Shown here: in pieces, positions 42,312 to 51,148 of the stretch | How positions within the stretch are numbered: the first letter of the stretch is position 1 | Layout of the letters: each line of letters begins with the position of its first letter | Assembly: GCA_043747615.1 (NCBI GenBank) | Contig: JAYTOU010000053.1 | Span: 64,001 to 128,000 of the forward strand | Direction of reading: 5' to 3' | Origin: Myxococcales bacterium | Lineage (GTDB): Bacteria > Myxococcota_A > Polyangia > Polyangiales > Polyangiaceae | DNA length: 64,000 nt | Program-made: the position numbers and the translations under genes | The notes under the pieces: model-generated | Database searches by the model: none | What the model was told of the DNA's origin: nothing | Seen by the model: the letters and a program-made list of their open reading frames with translations, nothing else

Positions 42312-43310
42312 TCAGTCAAGAGCAGACGTCGCGCCGTCACGCTCGGACTTCCCGCTCGCGCGCACTTCTGCAAACGACATTCCGATCCGACCGAGGCCGA
42401 TGAGGCCGAGCACGATGAGCAGAAGCTGCTGCGAGAGCGACCACACGAAGACGAACGCCAGCGCCTTATCTTCGGGGACATGAAACGGCAAGACGAGCGC
42501 GCTGGTCGCAAAACCTTGCACGATTCCGAGACCGCCCGGCGCTGACGGCACCGCACCGCCGAGATTCGCGGTGACCATCACCAGGCCCGCTTGCTCGACC
42601 ACCGGCGGGAGGAACGCGGCCATGGTGAAGTACGCGCACGCGATGCCCGCGGCCCAGATGAAGAGCGTGAGAACGAGGACGAGAACGACGCCGCGCGCCG
42701 AGCCCACTGCGCGAAATCCGGTGCAGAGATCGCGGAACCGCTTCAACCAAAGCTCGGCGGATTTCGTGGAACGCTCGAGGATCGGGCGAAGGATTCGCTC
42801 CGTGCGCTCGGCTTGCCAGACGAGGATGCCACCGACGACGAGCAGCACGATGACGAGGATCCCGCCGGCAAACGCGGCGCGCGAGAACGACGGAGGCATC
42901 GGTACATAGGCTGCGAAGAACGCGAAGAGGCCGACCACGGTGGCCAGATCGAGGACGCGCTCGACGACGATGGACGAGAAGGAGCTCACCATCGGGATGG
43001 TCGTCCGCTCGCCAATCACGAACGCGCGACCAACCTCGCCGAGACGAAGCGGCAGAGTGACGTTCAGCATGTAGCCGATGCTCATGGCGTGAAAGGTCGT
43101 CCAGAATGGGGCGCCCCCCATGAGGAGGGACCAGCGCCAGGCGCGCAGGGCGAAGGCGAATGCGCAAAAGGCGAAGGCCGGAAGGAACCAGACGGCCCGC
43201 GCACCGGAGATGGCGCGCCCAAGCTCGGTGAAGTTGACGTTGCGGAGCGTGAAGAAGAGGGCGATCGCGCTGACGGCAAATCCAGCCCACACTTTCCAGC
43301 TCCGCGACAC
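42312..43310 (-). CDS. Lysylphosphatidylglycerol-synthase TM-domain (flippase-like, YbhN/AglD2) protein
   Basis: RAWRW, N..LPLRLGE..R, ERVLD, PGGLG motifs; GTG start at 43310. Confidence 0.85.
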   Translation of the reverse strand: MSRSWKVWAGFAVSAIALFFTLRNVNFTELGRAISGARAVWFLPAFAFCAFAFALRAWRWSLLMGGAPFWTTFHAMSIGYMLNVTLPLRLGEVGRAFVIGERTTIPMVSSFSSIVVERVLDLATVVGLFAFFAAYVPMPPSFSRAAFAGGILVIVLLVVGGILVWQAERTERILRPILERSTKSAELWLKRFRDLCTGFRAVGSARGVVLVLVLTLFIWAAGIACAYFTMAAFLPPVVEQAGLVMVTANLGGAVPSAPGGLGIVQGFATSALVLPFHVPEDKALAFVFVWSLSQQLLLIVLGLIGLGRIGMSFAEVRASGKSERDGATSALD

Positions 43311-43329
43311 GGCGGGAACGTAGCAGGTA

Positions 43330-45312
43330 ATGGTCGCGCTTCCGCGGCCTAATCCTGGTAAACCGCCGGTCTCGATGTCCTCCCCCGATCTGCCCACGGC
43401 GAAGAAAGATCCGCAGCGTCGGTGGCGACTCTTCGTCCTCCTTTCGGGGATCGTTTCGATCATCGCGGTGCACGGACCGCTCATTGGTTACAAGACGTTC
43501 GCCAACGTCGACGAGGCGTACGCCGCGGCCATCGCCGAGCGTCTCCTCGAAGGCCACAAGCTCTACGAGGGCGCCATCAGCCAGCGCGGACCGCTCATGT
43601 ACTACGTGTTCGAGGGCTTCGCCTGGACGCACGGCTGGGACAACATCGTCGCGCTCAGGCTCTGGGCGCTTGCCCTCGCCATCACGCACGTTCTTCTGAC
43701 GTACTGGGTGGGGCGAGTCCTCGTCTCGAAGACAGCGGCAACCGTCGCGGCCGCCGTCGCCTCGTATGCCCTCGCGATCGGCTATCCGCCGGAGGACGCG
43801 GTCGCCATTAACGGAGAGTCACTGCAGCTCCCCGCGATGCTGGTCGCCGTGGTCCTCGGCGTCGTCGCTGTGCGGGCGGCGCCGGGCTCGCGCGATCGAC
43901 TCCTGCGCCTGCTCGCGTGCGGAGTGGCGTTCGGGTTTGCGATCTCGATCAAGCAGTCCGTCGCGCTTCATCCGATTCCGGTGGTCTTGCTTTTGATGAT
44001 CGACGCGCACCGCAGGAAGGTCACGTTCTCGCGGCTCGCCCTCGACACGGCGGTCCTCTTCTTTGCGACGCTCCTCGTTCCTGCGCTGTTCATCGCGCAC
44101 GCTGCCGCGCAAGGGACGCTGAGCCAAATGTATTATTACTCCGTCACCTACAACAGCCAGGTCCACCTCCGACCGTCGGCCACCGCGTTCTCGTGGCTCG
44201 GGCACTTCTTCTTTCGCCTGATGTCGCAGACGCTTTTCTTCATTCTGCTCGTCCTTCTCATTGGCCGCGCGCTCCCCTATGTCGTGCGGCGGTTCAAAGG
44301 GGCGTGGCGGTTTCGCTCCGTCGCGGCGCTTGGACGCGGCTTCGGCCCCCGCGAGTACCTCGGGCTCCACCTGCTCCTCGCCGTCTTAGCGGCGACCTCG
44401 ATGTACCGCTTCTTTCCTCACTATTACCTGCAAGCTGCACCCTTCATGGCGCTCGCCGCGGGCATCGCTGTGGATCGCTGGTTCAACACGAAGAGGATGG
44501 CGAGCGCGGCCCGCACGGTCGTCGGCGCGTTCATGGTCTTCGTTGTCTTCGCCGCCGCTCTCGGCTGCATCTTCGGCGAGCGGATCGACGGTCGGGTGGC
44601 CCACGATCGTACAGTGAAGGACGTCGGCAGGTACATCGAAGGGACGACCAAGGCGGAGGATCGCATTTTCGTTTGGGGCTTTTCCCCTTGGCTTTACGAG
44701 TATTCGCATCGTCGTCCAGCGGGTCGCTACGTCTTCGAGACGTACGTAACGGGGTTCGTTCCGTGGTTCTGGGAGAAGCTCTCCTTCGAGAAGGCGCGCA
44801 TCGTCCCCGGGAGCACCGAGGCCCTCCTCGCGGATCTCGATCGCGAGAAGCCGGCGATCGTGGTCGACGCGGGCAGCGTGATGATGGCTCGGCCCATGCG
44901 CACCTACGAGAAGCCGAACGCCTGGCTGCACGAGCATTACTGTTTCGAAGTCCGCATCGGCGCGATGGACATCTACCGCGTGAAGCCCGACGGCAAGGAG
45001 TGTCCACAGCCGTTCTTTCCGCGCGCGCACTACACGACGGATTTTCTCGGCAGGGCCCTGTCCGTCCCCGTTGCGCGGACGCTCGACATCAGCACCTCTC
45101 CGCGACTTCCGGAGGGAGACTTCTTCAAGCCGCTTTGGTTCCCGGCGGGCCCCGTGCCGCCCGGGCTTGAAGCGGTGCGCGACAAGAAGCGCGAGAACGA
45201 AGAAAAAGCGGGTGAGGCTGATGGCTTCTTCGTACAAGACATGGAGCCGTACGTTCCGTCGGTGCTCGTGGGGCCGAAGGGCGCAACGACGCCGCCGGTC
45301 ACCCCGCCCTGA
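43330..45312 (+). CDS. GT-C (ArnT/PMT-like) glycosyltransferase
   Basis: DE..Y after TM1, G..LY....RGP, NGE, KQ, FPHYY motifs; extracytoplasmic C-terminal domain. Confidence 0.75.
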   Translation: MVALPRPNPGKPPVSMSSPDLPTAKKDPQRRWRLFVLLSGIVSIIAVHGPLIGYKTFANVDEAYAAAIAERLLEGHKLYEGAISQRGPLMYYVFEGFAWTHGWDNIVALRLWALALAITHVLLTYWVGRVLVSKTAATVAAAVASYALAIGYPPEDAVAINGESLQLPAMLVAVVLGVVAVRAAPGSRDRLLRLLACGVAFGFAISIKQSVALHPIPVVLLLMIDAHRRKVTFSRLALDTAVLFFATLLVPALFIAHAAAQGTLSQMYYYSVTYNSQVHLRPSATAFSWLGHFFFRLMSQTLFFILLVLLIGRALPYVVRRFKGAWRFRSVAALGRGFGPREYLGLHLLLAVLAATSMYRFFPHYYLQAAPFMALAAGIAVDRWFNTKRMASAARTVVGAFMVFVVFAAALGCIFGERIDGRVAHDRTVKDVGRYIEGTTKAEDRIFVWGFSPWLYEYSHRRPAGRYVFETYVTGFVPWFWEKLSFEKARIVPGSTEALLADLDREKPAIVVDAGSVMMARPMRTYEKPNAWLHEHYCFEVRIGAMDIYRVKPDGKECPQPFFPRAHYTTDFLGRALSVPVARTLDISTSPRLPEGDFFKPLWFPAGPVPPGLEAVRDKKRENEEKAGEADGFFVQDMEPYVPSVLVGPKGATTPPVTPP

Positions 45313-46946
45313 TGGACCGTCCGTTCGCCCGGAAAAACGAGGCGATTTTCGCAATCGCGGCGCTTGGCGTGGTGCTCGCGCGGCTCATCGAATGGAAGGC
45401 GCTCGGAGATGTGCCGCACGTGATGGATGAAGTCGCCTACGCGTTTCAGGCCCGCACGATGGCCGGCGGTCACCTCTCGATGCCCGTCGCCCTTCCCCGC
45501 GCCGCGTTCGCGCTGTGGTTCGTCGACGATCGCTCGGCGAGGTTCAGCATCTTCCCGCCGGGGTGGCCAGCGGTCCTCGCGCTTGGACTGAAAGTCCACG
45601 CGGCGACGTGGGTCAATCCGCTTTTGCACGGGGGGACGGTCCTCCTCGTCGCAGCCATCGCTCGAAGGATTGCCGGGACCCGCGCTCAATTGGTGGCTGC
45701 AATCGCATACGCGTTGAGCCCTCAAGCGTTGATTCTCGCGGCCAGTCTGATGTCACATACTCTCGTCGCCTTCGGCGCGGCGCTCGCACTCTACGCCGGC
45801 GTCAGCGAGCCGCGAAAGAAGACGCTGCTCCTCGGAGGCGCTGGGATCGGGCTCGGCCTCCTCGCGCGCCCGCTGTGCGGCGTGATCGTCGCAGCAGGGT
45901 TCGCAGCGCTCGCGCTCCTCTCCATGGCGCGCAAGAGAGCCCCGCCCGCTACGTTTGCGATCGCGCTCGTACCCCTTGTTTTTGCCTGCGTGCTGCTCGG
46001 TGCGTACAATGCCGCGCTCACGGGCGACCCGCTCCGCTTTCCACAGAGCGTGTGGTTCGACGAGCACGCGCCTCCGCTCGACGATCCTTTTTTCCGCTAC
46101 GCCCCGGGATGCAACAGCCTCGGCTTCGGACCCGGTCACGGCTGCGACGACGGGATCAAGAACGCGACCCACAGCCTCGCCAACGCACTGAGCAATACCG
46201 GCGACAACCTCACCTCTTGGTTTCTCCTGGCGGGAGGGGGACCCCTCGTTTTCGTCTGTCTGGGCCTCGCCATTGCCCAGCGCCGGGGACGGATCTTGGC
46301 GCTCGGAGTGCCGATCCTCGCGACCATCTTTCTCTACGCGCTCTACTGGTATGCGGGCACCTGCTACGGCGCGCGCTTCTACCACGCTGCCCTCCCCTCG
46401 CTGATCGTGCTCGGCGCATTCGGCGCGATGCGCATCTTGCGACGGAGCGCGCGCGCGTTCGCCGTGGTGTCTGCGCTCTGGCTGTCTGCAAATGCCGTGG
46501 CCCTCGGCGCCGCTCTCGGCGAGCTGAGCGACCGCTACTGGGGGATCGACGCGCGCTTCGCGAACGCATCGCTGCTCCCTCTTGGGAGATCGCTGGTGAT
46601 GGTGGCCTTCAAGACGGACGGGGTTCTCATGCATCACCTGCGGTGGACGGGCTTTACGTCACCCGATCCCACATCTCGCTGGCACAACTCGGTCCGCGCG
46701 CTCTCCGCCTTGACCGTCAATGCCCCGTCGGACGACGGCCCGGTCGTCTTTGCCAAGTACCACCCGGCGATGGTCGAAGAGCTTCGGGCGCGCTTTCCCA
46801 ACCATGCATTGTACATCTATGTCTTCGCCGATCACCCCGAGGCCGATCAGCTCGCTCCCTACGACAGCTCTCCCGTGTCGGAGATCGACCGCGTCACCGT
46901 GTGGCCGCGCGACAACTTCGACGGCTACGTCGTGCCGGAACTGTAG
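45312..46946 (+). CDS. GT-C-like glycosyltransferase
   Basis: DEVAY.FQA loop, FPPGWP, RP and GARF motifs; multiple TM segments; translationally coupled to the previous gene. Confidence 0.7.
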   Translation: MDRPFARKNEAIFAIAALGVVLARLIEWKALGDVPHVMDEVAYAFQARTMAGGHLSMPVALPRAAFALWFVDDRSARFSIFPPGWPAVLALGLKVHAATWVNPLLHGGTVLLVAAIARRIAGTRAQLVAAIAYALSPQALILAASLMSHTLVAFGAALALYAGVSEPRKKTLLLGGAGIGLGLLARPLCGVIVAAGFAALALLSMARKRAPPATFAIALVPLVFACVLLGAYNAALTGDPLRFPQSVWFDEHAPPLDDPFFRYAPGCNSLGFGPGHGCDDGIKNATHSLANALSNTGDNLTSWFLLAGGGPLVFVCLGLAIAQRRGRILALGVPILATIFLYALYWYAGTCYGARFYHAALPSLIVLGAFGAMRILRRSARAFAVVSALWLSANAVALGAALGELSDRYWGIDARFANASLLPLGRSLVMVAFKTDGVLMHHLRWTGFTSPDPTSRWHNSVRALSALTVNAPSDDGPVVFAKYHPAMVEELRARFPNHALYIYVFADHPEADQLAPYDSSPVSEIDRVTVWPRDNFDGYVVPEL

Positions 46947-46959
46947 TAAGCATGGTGGC

Positions 46960-47229
46960 ATGAGCGACGAGCGGGTCCGCGCAGAGCGCACGGCGGAAGC
47001 CATGTCGTCTGATCACGTAACCTGGCTGTGGGAAGGATTCCGTTCCGGTCAGCCGGTGGATTGCCCCCGCGACGAGAACCTGATGGCCGTCGCCGTTGAC
47101 GGATCCGCCGGCGCCTACCGCCTGATTTGCGTGGGCTGCGGGCACGCCACCCCGTGGTTCGAGTCCAAGCCGGGCGAGACCATCCACCTACGCGGCCGCA
47201 CCTCCATACCGCCGCCCATGCGCGACTGA
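46960..47229 (+). CDS. Small Cys-containing hypothetical protein
   Basis: CPRD...CVGC possible metal site; ATG 46960 just after the GT stop. Confidence 0.6.
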   Translation: MSDERVRAERTAEAMSSDHVTWLWEGFRSGQPVDCPRDENLMAVAVDGSAGAYRLICVGCGHATPWFESKPGETIHLRGRTSIPPPMRD

Positions 47230-47295
47230 CAAACCCTCCTCAGGATCCACGCGAGGTCCTGAAGGGGGCGCCCGTCGACCCCGGCAAATTTCGAA

Positions 47296-47397
47296 AACGC
47301 TTCACGAGCATGCTCGAAGACGAGGTGATTACCGCCGCGCCGGGAAAGCGCATCACCGCTTCAAACCCGGCGAAGGTTCATCACCTCACGAAGCGTT
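47296..47397. other. Nested inverted-repeat structured element (candidate ncRNA, REP-like element or terminator)
   Basis: AACGCTTC/GAAGCGTT, GAGGTGAT/ATCACCTC, CGCCGGG/CCCGGCG and AAGCG/CGCTT nest in order, with a side palindrome CGAGCATGCTCG. Confidence 0.5.
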
Positions 47398-47956
47398 AGT
47401 TGTTCTGAGCGCCCTGGGCGATCCAGCGGCGGATGGTGTCGCGCTTTTCGACCGGGAGGAGATCGCCGGCCTGGGGCATCGTTCCCTGGCAGGTGGCGGA
47501 GCCGGGACGATAGGGAAGCGTGCCGTCGCTGCACATCTTGTCGAACGTGCAGTTGTCGCCATCGATCTTGTGCATCACGTAGCTGTTCGCGGGATCACTC
47601 GGGGTGACGAAGTTCATCGTCGGGAGCTCCTTCGCCTTCACGTTCACCATGGCTGCGACGACCATCACCGGGTCGCTCATGGCGGGCGGTTTCACGCCGA
47701 GAGACACGCCGTTGTTCGTGCCGCCGGGCATGCCGTGACACGACGTGAACGCGCAGCTCTGAACGAGAATGGGGAGCACGTCTGTCTTGAACGACGTCGC
47801 CGCCTTCAAGTCCGTCGACGCCGGCACGACGTACGCCGTGCACGTGGTGGCGGGAGCCGAGGTGGTGCTGCAGGCGGCAAGCGACGTTGCGGACAGAGCG
47901 AGCGCGGCGGCTGCGAAGACGGAAAAAAGAAGCGAGGCCGGAGACGGTCGAAGCAT
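47396..47956 (-). CDS. Cys-rich lipoprotein with an atypical CX4CH putative heme-c motif
   Basis: Lipobox LAAC; F..DVLPIL..SCAFTSCHG...P.DP.NS...K...MP...IRRWI..GA, a cytochrome-c-like pattern. Confidence 0.7.
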   Translation of the reverse strand: MLRPSPASLLFSVFAAAALALSATSLAACSTTSAPATTCTAYVVPASTDLKAATSFKTDVLPILVQSCAFTSCHGMPGGTNNGVSLGVKPPAMSDPVMVVAAMVNVKAKELPTMNFVTPSDPANSYVMHKIDGDNCTFDKMCSDGTLPYRPGSATCQGTMPQAGDLLPVEKRDTIRRWIAQGAQNN

Positions 47957-48055
47957 GAGGCATGAAATGGCTGAATTTGCCCCGCGCGCAACTATTTTTT
48001 TCCTCAACGCGAAGCGAGCCCACAAACCCCCGAGCGCGCGCTAAGAGAAGAGCAC

Positions 48056-48694
48056 ATGTTCTCATTTGCCCTCGGGAACATCCCGGTCCGCGTCCACCTT
48101 CCATTTTTGTTCTTGTCAGCGTTCATCGTGATGAACGCGGGGGATCCTCGCCTCATCCTGAGCGGCGTGGCGATCATCTTCGTGTCGGTCCTGATTCACG
48201 AGCTCGGGCACGCCCTCATGGGCAAAGCGTTTGGCCTGACGCCGCAAATCGATCTTCACGGCATGGGCGGTACGACCTCTTGGGCCCACAAGAACGTCTC
48301 GAGCGGCGCAAAGATTCTCATCAGCCTGGCGGGTCCAAGCACCGGCATCGTGATCGGCTTGATCCTGAAGTACGGACCTTTCTTTGAGGGGCAGCACCTG
48401 TCGCTGCTTGCCCGCGGCATCATCGGTCAGATCATCTTCGTGAACCTCGGATGGGGGGTGCTGAACCTTCTTCCGATGCTCCCTCTCGACGGCGGAAACG
48501 TGATGCACCAGCTCATTGCGATGATCACGGGGACGGACGGGGAACGGCCAGCCCGCATCATTTCGATCGTCGTCGGCGTTCTCGCCGCGATCGCGGGGTA
48601 CATGTACTTCGGCCTCTTCACCGCGATTCTCGTGGCGATGCTCGTCGGCCAGAATGTGCGCGCCCTTCGCCCCGCAGAGATCACCCGCTCGTAG
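48056..48694 (+). CDS. Site-2 protease (M50 family)
   Basis: HELGH, AGP and NLLPMLPLDGG within TM segments. Confidence 0.92.
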   Translation: MFSFALGNIPVRVHLPFLFLSAFIVMNAGDPRLILSGVAIIFVSVLIHELGHALMGKAFGLTPQIDLHGMGGTTSWAHKNVSSGAKILISLAGPSTGIVIGLILKYGPFFEGQHLSLLARGIIGQIIFVNLGWGVLNLLPMLPLDGGNVMHQLIAMITGTDGERPARIISIVVGVLAAIAGYMYFGLFTAILVAMLVGQNVRALRPAEITRS

Positions 48695-49910
48695 CTGCGC
48701 TGCGCACGGCGTCGGCGGAGCGGGCAGCCGAGCGCTTCGGGTCGTCGTTGGCGAACAGCCAGGTGAATACGACGAACGAGGTCCACATCATGGCCAAGTG
48801 GACGAGCATGGGGCCGCCGCCGGAACGCCCGAAAATAAAGCTGGATGCGAGCGGACCCGTGAGCATGCCCGCTGCATAGAACACATTGTAGATGGCGTTC
48901 GAGCGACTGTAGTCCTGCGGCTCGACGATCACGCCCTGCAGCGCGAGGCTCACCGGCGAAATGGTCGCGAGCGTTGCTCCGGCGACGAATACCGCGCCGC
49001 ACATCGCCGCGTACGATGACAGAACGACGAAGCCCACGATCATCAGAGTGCCGATCGCAGCAAGGACGCGCATGAGCATGAGGTGCCCGAAGCGATCCCC
49101 GAGGCGCCCCGCAACATTGGAGAAGAGAAGCATTCCGACCGCAAAAAAAGCAGGAATGAGGATGGTCTGATCGCGCGTGATGCCTTTGCTCTCGATGAGG
49201 AAGAGCGGAAGAAAGAGCACCACCGAGGCCTGGAAGTAACCGTAGGCGAAGGTGGCGAAGCACGAGGTCTTGATGCGGTAGAGCAGCGTCCACGCGGTCG
49301 TCGAGCTCTTGTTCTTGCTTCGCTCTTCGGGGGTCTGCGCCGAGTCCTTGTCGAGCTTGATCAGCACGAGGAGCCCGGCGAACGTGGAGACCAACCCCGA
49401 GGTCGCGAAGGCGACTTGCATCGACGCCACACCGACGATCACCTTGGCGGCGATCGGCCCGAGGATGTAGCCGATCGCCATTGCCATCGTGTAGAGGCTC
49501 ATCACGAAGGCCTTGTTCGTCTTGTCGGCGCGCGTGAGGAGGATCGTCTCGCAGCTCACCCAGATCCCCACTGAGAACGCGCCGTCGAAGAAACGAGCCA
49601 GGGCAATTCCGGCGTAGGAATGGAAAAGCGGAAACGCAGTGACGCATACGGCGTACCCGAAGAGAGAGACGGCGAGCGTGCGCTTTGCCGTGAAGCGTCG
49701 GAGGATGGCGCCGATCGGGATCGAGAAGAGAATGATCCCCGAGGCGAACCACGCGGCGAGGGTCCCGATGTCCTGCTTGGTGAAGCCGCGCGCATCGAGG
49801 TGCAGCGCAGTCAGCGCAATCGAGACCCCGTAGCCGATGCCGAGCAGGAAGATCGCCCAGTAAACGAGCCAGATATTGCGATCGTGAATCCGGTCGGTCC
49901 AGCGGCGCAT
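48681..49910 (-). CDS. MFS transporter
   Basis: About 12 TM segments; GRLGDRFG motif A. Confidence 0.9.
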   Translation of the reverse strand: MRRWTDRIHDRNIWLVYWAIFLLGIGYGVSIALTALHLDARGFTKQDIGTLAAWFASGIILFSIPIGAILRRFTAKRTLAVSLFGYAVCVTAFPLFHSYAGIALARFFDGAFSVGIWVSCETILLTRADKTNKAFVMSLYTMAMAIGYILGPIAAKVIVGVASMQVAFATSGLVSTFAGLLVLIKLDKDSAQTPEERSKNKSSTTAWTLLYRIKTSCFATFAYGYFQASVVLFLPLFLIESKGITRDQTILIPAFFAVGMLLFSNVAGRLGDRFGHLMLMRVLAAIGTLMIVGFVVLSSYAAMCGAVFVAGATLATISPVSLALQGVIVEPQDYSRSNAIYNVFYAAGMLTGPLASSFIFGRSGGGPMLVHLAMMWTSFVVFTWLFANDDPKRSAARSADAVRSAATSG

Positions 49911-49973
49911 TTCGCGTCCACCGTACGCTATTTTTCGACCAAAACCTCTGTCCTCCGCCGGTGTCAGACAGGA

Positions 49974-50519
49974 ATGCCTTTTCTCGCCTTCGCGCTACTC
50001 GTGGCCGGTTCAGTTGTTGCGGTCCCTGCGAAACCGCTGAGAGGCGGCTTCGAAAATCCGATGCCAGGGGGGCGTCTCGCGGGTTATTCGGGGGACACGG
50101 GGCTCGACGTTGGCGGAAGCCCGCGTCCCATTTTTGCCATCGCGGCGGGCACGCTCGACTACTCCGAGCCCGGCCATACCGTGTGGACCGGCCCGCGCGA
50201 CACGGCGAACAGCGTCCGCTTCACCCTCGATCAGCCGATCGTCTACAAAGGTCGGCGCATTACACATGTATATTACACTCATCTTTCGAAGCTTCGTTAC
50301 GTTCAATCCGAAGCCGCGGGCGTGGCAGACCCCACGCTGGGACGGCACATCGCGGCCGGCGAAGAGCTTGGTGTGTCTGGCACCGCCAACGGGAGCCCAC
50401 ACCTCCACATCGGCCTCCTCCTCGACGGGCACGTCTTGCAGGACAGCTGGGCCTACATTCTCACCGAGAGCCAGATCCGCGAGGTACTCGGGGGCTACAA
50501 AAGCGGGGAGCTCTTGTGA
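49974..50519 (+). CDS. M23/LytM-fold secreted protein with non-canonical metal motif
   Basis: Signal peptide; DTGLD (HxxxD position), YTHL, G.SG...PHLH. Confidence 0.7.
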   Translation: MPFLAFALLVAGSVVAVPAKPLRGGFENPMPGGRLAGYSGDTGLDVGGSPRPIFAIAAGTLDYSEPGHTVWTGPRDTANSVRFTLDQPIVYKGRRITHVYYTHLSKLRYVQSEAAGVADPTLGRHIAAGEELGVSGTANGSPHLHIGLLLDGHVLQDSWAYILTESQIREVLGGYKSGELL

Positions 50520-50548
50520 AAGAGCGCCCACCCGGTTAATAGCGAGGG

Positions 50549-51091
50549 ATGAGCAGCCCGGTCGTCGGCATCATCATGGGAAGCGATTCCGACTACGATA
50601 CGATGAAGCACGCCGCGGAGTTTCTCCGAGCGCGCGCCGTCCCCTACGAGATCAAGGTCGTCAGCGCCCATCGCACCCCCGAGCGCATGGTCGACTACGC
50701 GAAGAGAGCCGAGTCACGCGGCATCAAGGTGATCATCGCCGGCGCCGGCGGGGCCGCGCATCTACCGGGGATGGTTGCGTCGCTCACCACGCTGCCCGTG
50801 CTCGGCGTCCCGGTGAAATCGAAGGCTCTGCGCGGCATGGATAGCCTGCTCTCCATCGTGCAGATGCCTGCCGGCGTCCCGGTGGCAACGTTTGCCATCG
50901 GCGCGAGCGGGGCCACGAACGCGGCCGTCTTCGCCCTTCGCATTCTTGCGCTGGCGGATCCGCAGCTCGCCACGATGCTCCTCGCGTACCGCGACGAGAA
51001 CGAGAAGAAGGCGCTCGACGGAAGTGCCGAGGTGGAGGCCGCCGACAGCGCGTCCTCGGCCAAGAAGAGCATGAACCCGGGCGCGAAATAG
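50549..51091 (+). CDS. purE: N5-CAIR mutase
   Basis: [35 protein letters not shown]. Confidence 0.97.
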   Translation: MSSPVVGIIMGSDSDYDTMKHAAEFLRARAVPYEIKVVSAHRTPERMVDYAKRAESRGIKVIIAGAGGAAHLPGMVASLTTLPVLGVPVKSKALRGMDSLLSIVQMPAGVPVATFAIGASGATNAAVFALRILALADPQLATMLLAYRDENEKKALDGSAEVEAADSASSAKKSMNPGAK

Positions 51092-51146
51092 GCCGCACGA
51101 TGTCTCTCACGCGGCACATTCTCCCGAAGGTCGAATAGGCCCCACT
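51092..51146 (+). promoter_or_regulatory. Conserved upstream motif, copy 2
   Basis: 51107-51139 matches 14330-14362 at 28/33 positions; GCCGC(51092-96)/GCGGC(51111-15) stem. Confidence 0.55.
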
Positions 51147-51148
51147 CA

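Noticed and set aside
47250..47275. SRP (4.5S) RNA
   Set aside because: GAGGTCCTGAAGGGGGC only loosely resembles domain IV; the CAGG...GGAA...AGCAG signature is absent.
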